Of a DNA stretch of 64,000 nt, positions 24,536-36,265 are shown one piece after another. This stretch comes from Elsinoe ampelina (lineage: Eukaryota). The stretch is from NCBI GenBank assembly GCA_010093995.1, contig ML992503.1:285662-349661 (forward strand). Reading direction: 5' to 3'. Numbering within the stretch: the stretch's first letter is position 1; each line of letters opens with the position of its first letter. The notes under the pieces are model-generated. The model ran no database searches, was not told the DNA's origin, and was given only the letters and a program-made list of their open reading frames with translations. Both the position numbers and the translations under genes were made by a program.

Positions 24536-25744
24536 TCATGCGTCCTCCAGCATACTCACAACCTCCAACTCCCTCTTGACCACCTCATCGAATTCCTCCC
24601 TCTCCATACCCACACTCCTCGCCAATCGAAAAAGATTGCGAATCTCACTCCCGATGAACGACTTGACTCCCACCTCTGCCCGGGTCATGTCCGCTTCGAC
24701 TTGAGCTTTCTTCTCCAAGCGTTCTATGCTTTTACTGCTGGTGCTTGATGCAGGACTGATCGGCCGTGGGGCGATGGCTACTGTCGGTGAGAGATCGTTT
24801 GATGGTTGTAGCGAGAGGGAGTGCGATGCGAATCCGCTGTCCGGGTGGGAGAGGGACTTTGGTGGATCCGAGGGGAACATGGACCGCTGAACTGGTCTGT
24901 CTTCGTCGTCCGGCTGGGCAGATGAAGGTTGAGCGGAGACGAGAGAGCCGCCGGTCAGTGTGCTGTGCGCTTCTGATGCTGCTGGGGCTTCGTCCGGGTC
25001 GTGGTCGTCCAGGGCGGGTTGGACGGACGTGTAGCGGGCGTAGTAGTCGTCTTCGGAGGATCGAGGAGCGGGAGAAGCTTTTGCTTGGGAAAAGACGTGG
25101 TTTGAGTCGGGCGCTGGGGAGTGCTTTGCGGGCGTTCGTGCTGGGGTGCGATCGTAGGAAGCCCAGTAGTCATCATCGTCATCTTCTTGCTCGGGCTGTA
25201 ACGTGCTTGCACCGGCCGTCTGGCGGCTTCCGTTTGGATGTGAGGAGCTTGCATCGTTTGCTTCCGATATCGACGAGTACCACTCCGTACCGTCTTCCAA
25301 ATCTTCCAAAGCGCGCAGCTCTGCCAACTTCCAACCGGCCGTCCCACCCTGTGTGTCCGTCTCGCACCAGACAAAGATGGGGAGAAGATCAAAATCGGTT
25401 GCATGTAACCGAGCTTGGAGCGTCTCTCCATCTAGTCTCCTATATTCTGTGCTCTTGACATCCTCCACTTCCAACTCTCCAGACACTGGGTGGGGCTCTA
25501 ATTGTAACCCTTCCACTTTGCTCGCGAGCTTCGAAGCGCGTTGGGAGTCCCATGAGAGCAGAGACAGCCAGCTATTTGCACCTTTCACGTCCCCTAAGTA
25601 CTGGAATCTCTGTCGCAGGATTGGTGAGAGCAAAGGCAGAAGGGCTGGCGGGGGGCGCGGAGAGACAAACGCAGTCGGGAGGCAGGCGAGGAGAGGTGGG
25701 AGCAAGTCTCTTGTCTGAGGCGGTGGTATAGCCGTGGTCGCCAT
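24536..25744 (-). CDS. Uncharacterised fungal protein (acidic/low-complexity middle)
   Basis: ATG 25744, about 402 aa, coding-like composition. Structured N-terminus (LLPPLLACLPTAF...WLSLLSWD), DDDDDYWASYD and a C-terminal helix (LFRLARSVGMEREEF). Confidence 0.8.
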   Translation of the reverse strand: MATTAIPPPQTRDLLPPLLACLPTAFVSPRPPPALLPLLSPILRQRFQYLGDVKGANSWLSLLSWDSQRASKLASKVEGLQLEPHPVSGELEVEDVKSTEYRRLDGETLQARLHATDFDLLPIFVWCETDTQGGTAGWKLAELRALEDLEDGTEWYSSISEANDASSSHPNGSRQTAGASTLQPEQEDDDDDYWASYDRTPARTPAKHSPAPDSNHVFSQAKASPAPRSSEDDYYARYTSVQPALDDHDPDEAPAASEAHSTLTGGSLVSAQPSSAQPDDEDRPVQRSMFPSDPPKSLSHPDSGFASHSLSLQPSNDLSPTVAIAPRPISPASSTSSKSIERLEKKAQVEADMTRAEVGVKSFIGSEIRNLFRLARSVGMEREEFDEVVKRELEVVSMLEDA

Positions 25745-26298
25745 GTTGAAGGCCGGCCGTGTGAGATTGTTGAAGACGAGGAGGTTGTAGAAGAGAATAG
25801 GCGTCGTAGGTTGCTTTTGTCTATCCAATACAACGTTGAGCAGTGGATGCAGGGACCAGACCAGCGCGGGGAAAACTGCGAGCTCGTCACGAGGCGGCGT
25901 GATGGTTCGCTAATAGATGAATAGAGGTTTATAATTCTCAATGTGACTTGAGCTAGAGATATTTGCACAACCTCCCTACCCTAGACAAGGTTCAACAGCT
26001 CACCGTCCTCTCCCGAGGATAAATTCAAGCCGACCTTGAAAATGACATCCCGAGTGTCCATCTCGCTGGAGCAAGGGAAGTTTGGAGAAATCGGGCCCAT
26101 CCGATTGGCCAATGACGGTTGCATCTCAACGTAGGTCTCCTTTCATCCGGGTGAACAAGTGGAGGAGCAGTTCTGCTATCTCATGCCTGCATCGTTGCCT
26201 TGCTATAAAACTCGTGCTATCGAAACCCACTTAAGCGCCATCTATCATATCCTCACTCCTCTTTCCCGCTCCAATATCGCTCGTCAAACCCGTGTCAA

Positions 26299-29259
26299 TC
26301 ACCACGACTGCATCAGCTCCTCCACCTTCTCCATTGCCAGCATAATCTTCTGCATCTCCACGTCATATTTGACCATAAAGATCTGCAAGGCTGCTTTGTC
26401 TTTGCTGTACTCATCGCCCCTTGTCAAGTGGCTATTCAGCTTGCTTGATAGATCATCGACCGCAGTCTGTATGGCGTACTCCAGCTCCGTGGTGGCCTTG
26501 TCCTGTTTCTCGGCAAGTTCTGCAGTCACATCATCCAGCATCCGGGTGAAGTGGTTGTATCCCGCCGTCGAGGTGTGCTCGAGGAGGGCTGCTCCAACTT
26601 TGCCGTGGAAATCGGGTTTGTGTAAAGTCTGCGTATTGTGGTAGAAAGGCTTCATATGCATGTCGCAATACTTCAGACTCATCATATCCAGCTTGATGGT
26701 CCTGGCATCCGTTAGCTCTGCACGAAACTAGCAGGGTCCTGCTTACTCCTCAACTTTGACCATGTTGGACTGGAATGAGTGCATGGCATTCAGTACACTG
26801 CTCCGGCAGGTCTCAACCATCTCTTTCATCAGATCCACTTTGATGCCAAGCTGTTGTTCATGTGCTTCCATCATTAGCTGAACAATCAAGTCCGAAGCTT
26901 GGAAAGCCTACCAGATGCCATTGCCTCGCAGTGCTTGAGTAGGTCGTCGATCTTGTCGCTCAGATCTTGGATTATCGACCGGAGCGACAAATGCTGCTGT
27001 TTGAGGAAATCCTCAGCGTATGGTTGGATCATGTCGTTGATCTTCTCGTTCCATTTGTACGTCCTGCCAGTGCGAATGCTCCTGAAAGTCTCTGGACGCT
27101 CAAATAAGCCACGTTTGGCGATCGCTCGAATGGTCGCTTTGTCCACCATCAGTTTTGAACATCGTCGACCGCGATTCAACTACTCACAAGCGTGCAACTA
27201 CGAGACGTTAGCATTGTGGTACAAGCAACCGAATTGATACAAACCTTTTCGGCACCTTTGGCGAATTTGAACACTTTCTCGGACATTTCGGGAACACGAA
27301 GCTCTGTGGCAATTAGCCAGAAGATAATGTCATCGGGAAAGAGACACTACTCACGAATGTCCTGTCGCATATGTGCCAGCTTCGTGGTAGTCTGCTTGCG
27401 TATAGACAATTCGTTGCAAAACTCCTATCGCGATCAGTGAACATGAACACTAGTCGTGAACATCAACATACTCCGAGGTTGTCTAGCAGCTTCGCCATAA
27501 TCGCTGGATCTTGTGGTGCTTCGCGACCTATCGTCACTTGCAGTGTCTGCGCAAAACTTCTTGCTCTGCGAATCTTCTCACGCAGTCGTTCGACATACTT
27601 GACCGCACCAAGCTTCGTCAAATGTTGCCGGATAGATGGAATGCCAGTTGCGGGCAATGAAAGTGTCGTAGCACCGTATCTGTTCTGCGTTCCACAAGAG
27701 AACCAGTAGTGGGTACTGGAAGCGAAGAAGAGTGAAATACCGGGGTCGTGATCAACATGGAATTGGCGGGCGTACTCTGCGTTGATCAAGCTGATTCCGC
27801 GCTCGTAGAGACTGTCCTTGTCAGCCAACCTGATGCTGGAACCTATTGCATGTTCGCGCGCATACTCCTGCTTCTTGGTATTTGCCATATCACTGCATCA
27901 GCGGTCAGGATGGGTCGATTGTGTCCAGCCTACTCGTTCTTCTTACCTTGAATTCCAACGAGTAAACCTCGCGGTGGAGGATCTGGGCATCTTTCGCAGC
28001 TCCTCTACGAGCAAACGATACTCTGTCACCTGTTCAGACAACCCAGACCCCTCACTCGCCGCCAAGATTGCTTCCTCATCGTCTTGAGAGAGTGGTTGCT
28101 GGAAAGGTCAGCTATGCCGCAACAGAAGAGACTTATCTCACATCAGCATTAGTCACGACCACTGTCATCTTTCCTTGAAATCGCGATCCATACGTCTTCA
28201 AACAATGATTCAATTGCTTGTCCCCAGCGATACGAGTCTGGCTGGTGGTGACAACAATGAGGTGGTCGCAAGTGAGCAGGTAGTCAGCGCCGCTGGAAGC
28301 TCTAAGCTGATCCGTGTCACAAAGTCCCGGCGCATCGCCGATGACGAGATCTTGAATGACCCTGGCCCCTTTGATGTGGACGCGAATGATCTTCACAAAG
28401 GGCCAGATTGAGGATGTAGCTTGTGAAGAGATGTGGGCTGATCCCAGCGAGTGAAGATGATCCTTGACATCGTTGAAGTTGTTAAAACTCTGCTGCTGGA
28501 CTCCGTGGATCTGGAAAAAGTGGCTTCTGTCGTACGTCTCCAGAATGAACTCAAGGAAGTCCTGGAAACTGCTTTCCGTATAGCATCGTCTCAGTTGTCC
28601 TTCTATATCCTGCAAGGCTTGTCGAGTGACTTTCCGATGGTCGAGCGTCGCTATTAATTGAATAAAAGTCTTCGCCTCGTTCTCCATCGCGATGGTCTCT
28701 TCCTGCATTCGTTCTTCTGCATCTTCTTCGTCGAAGTGGAGCAGACAAAACGATTCGTAGAAAGCATTGAGCTTTCTTGCCATCTCATCTCTGGAGTGGA
28801 ATGTAGTTTCGACGACGTATGGTGGGATTTGGCCAATGATCGGGCCAGTGAATTCGCACGGCGATGTTGTACAGCCCGTTGCAGATTTCGCCTATCAACG
28901 TCAGGATCGGTGAAAAAATGCAAAAGGCATAGACTCACACTTCTGGATAATGCTTGTTGATGCAGAATAGTATTTGTCAGCATACTTTTGCCGCTGCAAG
29001 TCACACCCATGATCGCAACCTTGAGACGATCGTCCACCGAGCGAGGTCTCATAGCGGCCTTGAAAGAGCCAAATTCTCTGGTGACCGCTTCGCCAGCAGT
29101 GTCCAGAGTCTTCATGAAGCCGCTGGAGGTCTGCGATATAGCTGTGAGGGCAGCGTTGATGGTGTCACGATGTTTGTCGAAGGTGAACTGTCTATGCAGA
29201 CCGAGCTGCTCAGTATCAAGTTCTTCCATGAGACCGGCAGAGCGCTTGAGGGAGCCCAT
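26299..29259 (-). CDS. Dynamin-like / SLIP-GC-like P-loop GTPase, paralogue 2 (multi-exon; internal boundaries partly approximate)
   Basis: G1 GVTCSGKS, G2 GCTT, WPFVKII, G3 DAPG, G4 TNAD and TGIPSIR. Intron 28892..28938 and an intron starting at 28141 lie at the same protein positions as in paralogue 1. Confidence 0.8.
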
Positions 29260-29497
29260 ATCGATATGGGAGCACCGATCGATGGTCGTTGTATTCGTTT
29301 AGGAAAATATAGAAGGTGGGAAGTGGGCAGACCTTTTGAGCATATTGCTCAGATGCATGATCAATCGACTGCAGGTAGGACTGCTTGTCTTTGTCTCTGC
29401 AACATCCTTCTTGTGATTGGTTGTCACTGCTGCATCGTGCTTGCCCAAACGAGTGCGTCTGCAAGCATGTCTCAGACACGTCGATGACGGCGCTCCC

Positions 29498-29659
29498 AAG
29501 CACGTGACGCTGCAAAGCACGTGACGCTGTCAAGTTTGCGGCGCTACAGTGTCAATTTTACGACGCTACAGTGTCGATTTTGCGGCGCTTCAAAGTCACA
29601 TTTGCGGCGCTGTCACATTTGCGGCGATGTCAAATTTGTGGTGCCGTCAGGTTTGTGGC
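29498..29659. repeat. Degenerate minisatellite, about 9 units of 17-22 bp (core TTTGCGGCGC...TGTCA)
   Basis: Directly readable units, e.g. AAGCACGTGACGCTG x2, AGTTTGCGGCGCTACAGTGTCA, CATTTGCGGCGCTGTCA and CATTTGCGGCGATGTCA. Confidence 0.85.
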
Positions 29660-30315
29660 TCTGGAGCACTAGCAACCGAGATATGGAGACTCGCGATCGA
29701 GCAAGAATTGCCATGACAATCATATCGGTAAGTCAGGAGCGGGGACCTTGACAGTGATACCCTTACATTAGTTCGGTTGGTGGTCTAGCTGACAAGGTGG
29801 TTGTAGCTTCGTTTCTGCCTTGCATTCGCTAGACGTAATGCTCAGGAACGACGGCCTTGATGTCGAGATCGAGTGAAGTGCGGGTGACACGATATGCGTG
29901 GTCATGACAGCCAGCTCGTTAGTTGTCTAACTATGGATGAGTATTCACTACTCATATAGTATAGGAAGATTGATTTATCCGTAGCTTCCTTGCAGGTTGA
30001 TCGCATCAAGCTGTGGCTTTTTGTGTCAATGTGTGTGCAGGAGTCGAGATGTTCTCGTGCAGTCCAGCGAAGCAGATTCTTCATCGAGCTGCAAATCCAC
30101 AAACGTTTGATCATGAACATCATCACAAACACCGCAAACACTCCATTCTCATCAGAATTCTCCGTTTGGTAACAAAGACAACCGATTTTTCCATGGAATG
30201 ATGTTATCAATTGTCTAGAACAGCGTCTTGCACGCGTTGCACATACTGCTGCGATCCCGCCTGGCGACAGCGGCGTAGACGTCGCCACTCGCGACTTTAC
30301 CTCACAACCCCAACT

Positions 30316-31845
30316 ATGCGCTTCCTCCCCGATCCCAATCTGGGCCATCATCCAGCTCTTCCCGCCGTACCGCCTCCATTGATATCCAGTCCCGTAGCCG
30401 TCGCTCCTATCTTCGGCGGTCTCCTCGGAACCCTCGCCCTACTTGGCACAGCCGTCACCCGCCGAGCGCCATCACTTGCCATCCAAACAGCCGCGACATC
30501 GACATCCATCTTCGGCTTCGCTGCTCTCGCACACAGACTTGAGAAGTCGAGAGCTCACCGCGAGTTTCTCAAGTCAAAGGGCGTCGAGCCACCTTCGCCA
30601 AAGCTGTTAGAACGCTGGACTGAGCTGGATCAGGAGAATGTGCTCTTTGCTGCTGGTCTGCTGGGGGTGATGTTCCGGATAGGTAGAGCCAGACCAGGTG
30701 GATTGTTGAGCAGATGGTGCCGGGTGGAGCCGAAGCAAATTGGCATGGGCACCGAAGTAATAGGAAGCTTCACTTTTGGTACATTCGCCGGCATGGTCGG
30801 TATGTGGGCCAGTCCATTACCGGGTACGCCAAAAGCGCTCCTCGAAATGTGGCGAGATAGACAGATTGCAGCACAATACAGGCATGAGGTCGAGGGATTT
30901 GAGCAGGAGTACGGATGGTCCTTCGGCTTGGGTCGGTTGGTGCGGGATGCGGAGAACCAAGAGCAGTCATCTGGGTCTTCAGAGAGCTTGCAGCGACTAG
31001 GAAATACGTTTGCCTCGTTTGGAGGGCTTGGTGGAGGAGTCTCATCTACAGATGGACCGCATGGAGTTGGTGGTGCGCCCTCGGTATTCTCATCAGATGT
31101 GGATGGCACCGATCCGAAGCCTCATCACAGCGAGGTGATCGATGGTAAACGCATCTTCCTGCCCTCAAGGAATCATGAGTACGAAGCCAAGTCGGTCAAG
31201 GACCTGGAGGACCACTTGTCGGAACTCCAGACTGCTCGAGCAAACTTACTACCTGAGGCCGAACTCATCTGGCACAAAATGGCAGTCATGGAAGGAAAAG
31301 ACCTGCCTCTCTCACAAAATCCAGCCACGGCAGACGAGGTCTTGGAAGATATGAGGATACGAGTGACACTCAGGATCCTCAACAACACCCATTGCTACCT
31401 CTGGAGCCAGATCAGCGACATTGACTGGATGATCATGGACACGAACAAGCAGATCCTTCAGTGGAAAGCCAAGCAAGCAAACCGAACGTGGGAACCTGGC
31501 ATGTCTCACAAGACGAAAGATCCTATCCCTATGACTACCATTGACTTCCTCGCAATCACATTGGCCCAAAGGCGAGTGGAGCAAGCCTTGATGGAAACAC
31601 AGATGCTCGGCGTACAATCTCAACTGGACAAGCTGCGCAAGAGCTTATCCCCAGATACACAGAACAGAGGCTGGAACCAAGACGCAAGTCGTCAGGAGCT
31701 AGACGATCTTGAACGCCTTGTCTTGACCAAAGGCAGCATCGATGCCTTTGTCAAGGCCTGCGAAGACCTGATCAACGAACTTGGAAAAGGTAAGATCGAC
31801 GTCGAAGAAGTCCTGAAGAAGTGGACGGAGTCGGGAGATATTTGA
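30316..31845 (+). CDS. Uncharacterised membrane + coiled-coil protein, family member 1
   Basis: ATG 30316, 509 aa, intronless. N-terminal hydrophobic helices, the motif FLKSKGVEPPSPKLLERWTELDQENVLFAAGLLG and a helical C-terminus. Confidence 0.75.
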   Translation: MRFLPDPNLGHHPALPAVPPPLISSPVAVAPIFGGLLGTLALLGTAVTRRAPSLAIQTAATSTSIFGFAALAHRLEKSRAHREFLKSKGVEPPSPKLLERWTELDQENVLFAAGLLGVMFRIGRARPGGLLSRWCRVEPKQIGMGTEVIGSFTFGTFAGMVGMWASPLPGTPKALLEMWRDRQIAAQYRHEVEGFEQEYGWSFGLGRLVRDAENQEQSSGSSESLQRLGNTFASFGGLGGGVSSTDGPHGVGGAPSVFSSDVDGTDPKPHHSEVIDGKRIFLPSRNHEYEAKSVKDLEDHLSELQTARANLLPEAELIWHKMAVMEGKDLPLSQNPATADEVLEDMRIRVTLRILNNTHCYLWSQISDIDWMIMDTNKQILQWKAKQANRTWEPGMSHKTKDPIPMTTIDFLAITLAQRRVEQALMETQMLGVQSQLDKLRKSLSPDTQNRGWNQDASRQELDDLERLVLTKGSIDAFVKACEDLINELGKGKIDVEEVLKKWTESGDI

Positions 31846-32111
31846 GCTTCATTTCAACCCGCAAGATAGCGAGGAGTAAATGCCGGACAGGCCGAGCAAA
31901 GGGGCTCGACGCTAGATACCCACGAAAAATGCTTGGTTGCCTTCTTTGCACAGCTGCATAACGAGCGCCGTGCAAGCGCGGGTGAAATCGACCAGGGTCC
32001 GATCAACACTCCGTGCCGCATGCACCGCCCACGTCTTGTGTCACACATCAAGATATTCCTTTCGCACTCTGCTCATCATGTCTGTCTTGTGCCATTCAAT
32101 TCTGTTCCGGA

Positions 32112-33111
32112 ATGCGGTTCCTCCTCGATCCTTTCACGGGTCTCCATCCTCAGTACTACGCCCCTCCTCCTCCGCTCCTGTCGCCTCTTGCCACAATTCC
32201 TATCCTCGCTGGTCTTGCAGGGTTACTGGTCCGTACTTCAGGCACATTACTCTTGAGAGGTCGACCTTTCAGCGCCGCCAAACTCACTGGATCTGTCGCT
32301 GCTGGTACGCTGATAGCACAGATTCCCATCGTGGCCTTCATCGATTATCGAAAGTCTGCATTTCTAGCTGAGCGGGGCAATCACTGCCCCGCGTCGCAAA
32401 TTGATAGAGCGTTATGGGCGATGGGACATGGATGACAATGTCCTTGTTGGCGGGATTCTGGGAATCGCGTTGGGACTGGGTACCACAAGGTCTGTGACCA
32501 CGTCTTGGATCGGAAAGCTCAACGCCCGCTTCGGAATCTTGTCAAGGACTCTGGAGAGGAGAATTGAAGCAGGCTTGGACCCACGTAACCAGATGGGAAG
32601 AATCAGGACCACGTTGGCGGCGGGGTCCTATGGGAGTTTGTTTGCGGTAGTGCCGCTTTTGCTCCCAGACCTAGTTCCCATCGGCCCTTCACCAGACGAA
32701 TGCAAAGATCCATCGTCTCGTACCGCACGACCATGCTGAAGAACATGCGCTCCAACTTCGATCTCGACCTCGTAAAACTCAGCCGCATGCTCGAACAACA
32801 AGGCATTATCCCAGCGGATGAGGACCGAGTCGTGCGACCCACGTTCTTCGCCCAAGACATCGACCTGCCTTCACGCACCAATCTTGACCTTGCAAATGCT
32901 AGCGTGGGCGAATCTTCAGGCTTTGACGGAGCATCAACGGGGATTACGACGGGATATGGCGCCGGCGGAAGCCAAATCGTGGCAGGAGGAGGTGGGCGAG
33001 TTGATGGCGAGGTTGGAGGCGCCGTTGGGAGTGATCGTGCTGCTTAATCATATGAAAGCCACGGTTGAAACGGAGAGGCTGATGGGGAGGATGCGTGCTG
33101 CGGGAGGTTGA
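32112..33111 (+). pseudogene. Frameshifted member 2 of the same uncharacterised family
   Basis: Starts MRFLLDP like member 1 (MRFLPDP). The family motif FLAERG/ITAPRRKLIERYGRWDMDDNVLVGGILG is split by an extra base at 32379-32380. Further frame changes occur at about 32700 and about 32890. Confidence 0.7.
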
Positions 33112-33296
33112 GGGGTGGAGGAGCATGGGTTGGGAACCGCGGGGGGAAAACGGTTGCATGTGAGGAACAGACTGGACCGAAGAGCAGACTATGGTAGGTA
33201 AAGACTGTGCAGCGAAACCCAGCAATCAAAGGAATAGACTCGGGAGCGTCCTCCTTTGTCTTGACACATCTTCACTCCTTCCCATCTTGTCTTCGC

Positions 33297-34227
33297 CTAA
33301 GCGGAGAAACCATAGCTGCTCGCGGTGTAGAACCAATCACTGCCCCTCCACTGACCCACTTCGGTAGCATAGCTGCTGTCCAAGACACGGTCGTACAAGT
33401 GACAGAACAGCTGGTCCAAGGTATTCTCGTTGTTGATGAACTGGTAGTACGTGCTGAAGAAGTTGCACGGCTTCTCGTCCGGCTGACCAGCTGCCCAGTT
33501 GGTGTGCTCAGTACACTTCGCCGCACAGTCGGCTGCGTTCAGGACGGACTGGGAGTAGTATTCTCTGACTCTGTATTGAGGGGCAAAGATGGCGCCGGAG
33601 CTGAAGTACTGGCGGGTGGAGTAGCCTGGAGGAGGGACGATGCCAGTCTTGACGTAGCCGTTAGACCCGGCGATGACGATCTGGAATTGCTGGTTGGTGT
33701 AGCCGACGTTGGTGAGGGAGTCGAGAGTGAGAGGACCGCCCCAGAGGACGCACTTGATGTAGGCTACGCCGTCTGGGTTGGGACATGCGGCGCCGGGAGT
33801 AAGGCTGGGTCCGCGTTCGAAGAGGATGTTGAAGCCCTGGCATGTTGGCTTGCCAGCACATGCGGCAGCACAGGCTGGAACGTCATAGGAAGTAAGCAGA
33901 GTATGGCCCAAGTAGTCATTGCCACTAAGCATTGTCAACAAGAGTGTAACATGCCGTGTTGGTGTCTGCTTACTTCTTGGATGCCTGCTGGTTTGTAAAG
34001 ACAGAGGCGAAGCCGGATGGGACAGCTGCTCCGTTGGCAGCGACAGCGAACGAAGTCGCTCCGGTAAAGCCTGCAGCCGAGGTTGCGTCGAAGGCGTACC
34101 CAGAAACTCCGGGAGCTTCAGGGTCACAAGCAGCACGCTTGTCGAGGAAGGATGTTGGGGCAGCTGCTACGAGAGCAGACAAGCCGGCGAGAGCCGAAAG
34201 AGCGGATAGAGCGTGCATCTTGTGCAT
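33297..34227 (-). CDS. Secreted Cys-rich protein with PAN/Apple-like domains, 2 exons
   Basis: Signal peptide plus a KR (Kex2) site, intron 33925..33973, and two CAAxC...C..FN/FF modules (YDVPACAAAC...CQGFNI...IKCVLWG...IAGSNGY; ADCAAKC...CNFF...CHLY). Confidence 0.8.
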
Positions 34228-35910
34228 CTTGAAACGAGGAGGGACTGACAGATGTTTTGAATCTGCTAGAGTCTGGAGAAGAAGGTGCTGGGAGCTGATG
34301 AATCTCTACCTACCTGGGGATGACCGCCCTTTTATAGACCAGATGTACGCAGCAGCGCTCGAAGAAACTCTTGTCATCTGCCTCAAGATCGATAGCTGGA
34401 TCTAGATCGAGGATGTGGTCGCGATGGTCGACAAAAACTCACCGCCGTTGTGCTGGCGCGGGATGGAAGCGAAGGGGCGTGCAGTCTTCATTGCCATAGG
34501 ATTGCATGGTCCGCGATGGCTCGCCAATGAGGATCCCAGGCATAACCATGACCTCGCGGGATCCTGACCATGCTGCATCTCAACAACATCTCAAAGCGGA
34601 CGATTGTCTCGGATTACCTGGTCTGCAAGTCGAGACAAAGCCATGATGGGGGGTGGTCCAGTGTCGCCAGTGGATGGAACTTGAGGAGTCATGGAGGCGT
34701 AGAAACGTTTGTGTCTGGCTTGGACTATTGAGGAAGAGAGGAAGTAGCCTGGTCAATGCAGTGTGGAGAGCTGATTCTAGACTCCCACGGCATGTACAAG
34801 CCGACGTGCAAATTGAGTTGCACGACGAGAACTCGGACTTGATTAATACTCATGTCGCTGCCGCGCATTAGGTCAAAATGAGAGAGTGATTCATCTGGCC
34901 ATTTGACGTGTCTCCATCATGTTGGCGTAATCGACAAGGTGGTCTGTACAATGAAAGACGTGCTAAGGCATCGAAGTGCAGGTGCGCGAGGAAAGCAGAG
35001 ACACGGGGGATCCAAGACGATCAGCCTGCATGCATCCATGTCTTAAGCGAGCGAAGCATGAGCCTCGCAAGTGGAGACTGGCTCTGATGGTGTAGCACAT
35101 ATCCCACGAAGTAGCAAGGTGTGGTGGGGACACGACCCTGGCGCATGAGCGTCTGCCATGAGTTACGTCGAGATTGCGCAGTGATAGACTCACAGATACC
35201 GTATGTCTCGATCGAGACGAAAAAGGCCCTTCGATCACGTTAAGGCCTCGATTCAAACATTATGTGTGTATGGCTGTGCGCGAAGTATTCGTGGACTGTC
35301 GTTCAAGACCTTGTATGCTGTGTCGGGAGGCCCGTCAAGTACGTCCCGTGCCGAGGAAGTGCCAGGGACCGGGTAAGGCTAGATCAATCTGGCATCAATG
35401 ATCCTGCCGAGTCCAGCCACAGCACCCTCAAAGTCATTGGCAACTCCCTCCGCTCCGAGACTCGATCATACTCGCCCTTTTCCCGGCCTGGGCGTCCTCT
35501 TCTTGGGTCCTCTTCTTGGCCTTCTTAGTCATAGAAACAGATCCAGATGACGCCACAGCGCTATCGAAGCGGAGGCGATGGTGATTCGAAGAGCACATAG
35601 GGCTTTGCATAGTCACATCCTGAGCATGAAATGGTGCGGCTGAGAAATGTGTAGCGTAGGATTGCGGGGAAGCAGTGTTCCGGACGGACGGTTACCACAC
35701 CACCATCGGCATCGGCCAATGTGTGTCTATGCATCCATCCTGGTCATTGGATACCTGCAGCGTGGGTGTCGGTTGATGGCGTTTCTTTCTTTGTCTGCCT
35801 TTGGGCAAGCCGCCAATGCCTCGCAAGTTGCATGATCGCCAGGGACGCCATCCACCATTTTCCTTTCCGGGACAGGTCTCGTGTTCAGACACAATGGACG
35901 GTTGATAATT

Positions 35911-35931
35911 GTGACCCTTGTATCAAAACTC
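35911..35931 (+). repeat. Left terminal inverted repeat GTGACCCTTGTATCAAAACTC
   Basis: Exact reverse complement of 40907..40927. Confidence 0.95.
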
Positions 35932-36265
35932 CTCAGGCCCAACCCCTTTTCGGCGTCACCCTTCTTAATGCGGAGAACTCCACCAATTCTTCATGTAATT
36001 TTATATAATTAATACTATTAAATTTCTCTCGTCAAGACGAGTTTATGAATATATAAATTATATAGTTCAGTAGTCGTGGTAGTAGTAATATTATTGCTGT
36101 AGTAACCGCCCTAGGGGGGCAACTAGGCAAGTCGAGTACTATAATATTAACCTCTGTCAATTCGAGCCGTACGTATACCTTATGCCTTTTTTAGCCCCTT
36201 AGTACATATTTAGATCGAATACCTTACTATCCTCTTATAAATTCGATTATATAATTACTATTAGT

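Noticed and set aside
29498..29659. CRISPR array
   Set aside because: Eukaryotic context, abutting degenerate units, no unique spacers and no cas genes.
34400..35900. Short ORFs including MTKKAKKRTQEEDAQAGKRA
   Set aside because: Could not be extended into a credible gene model.
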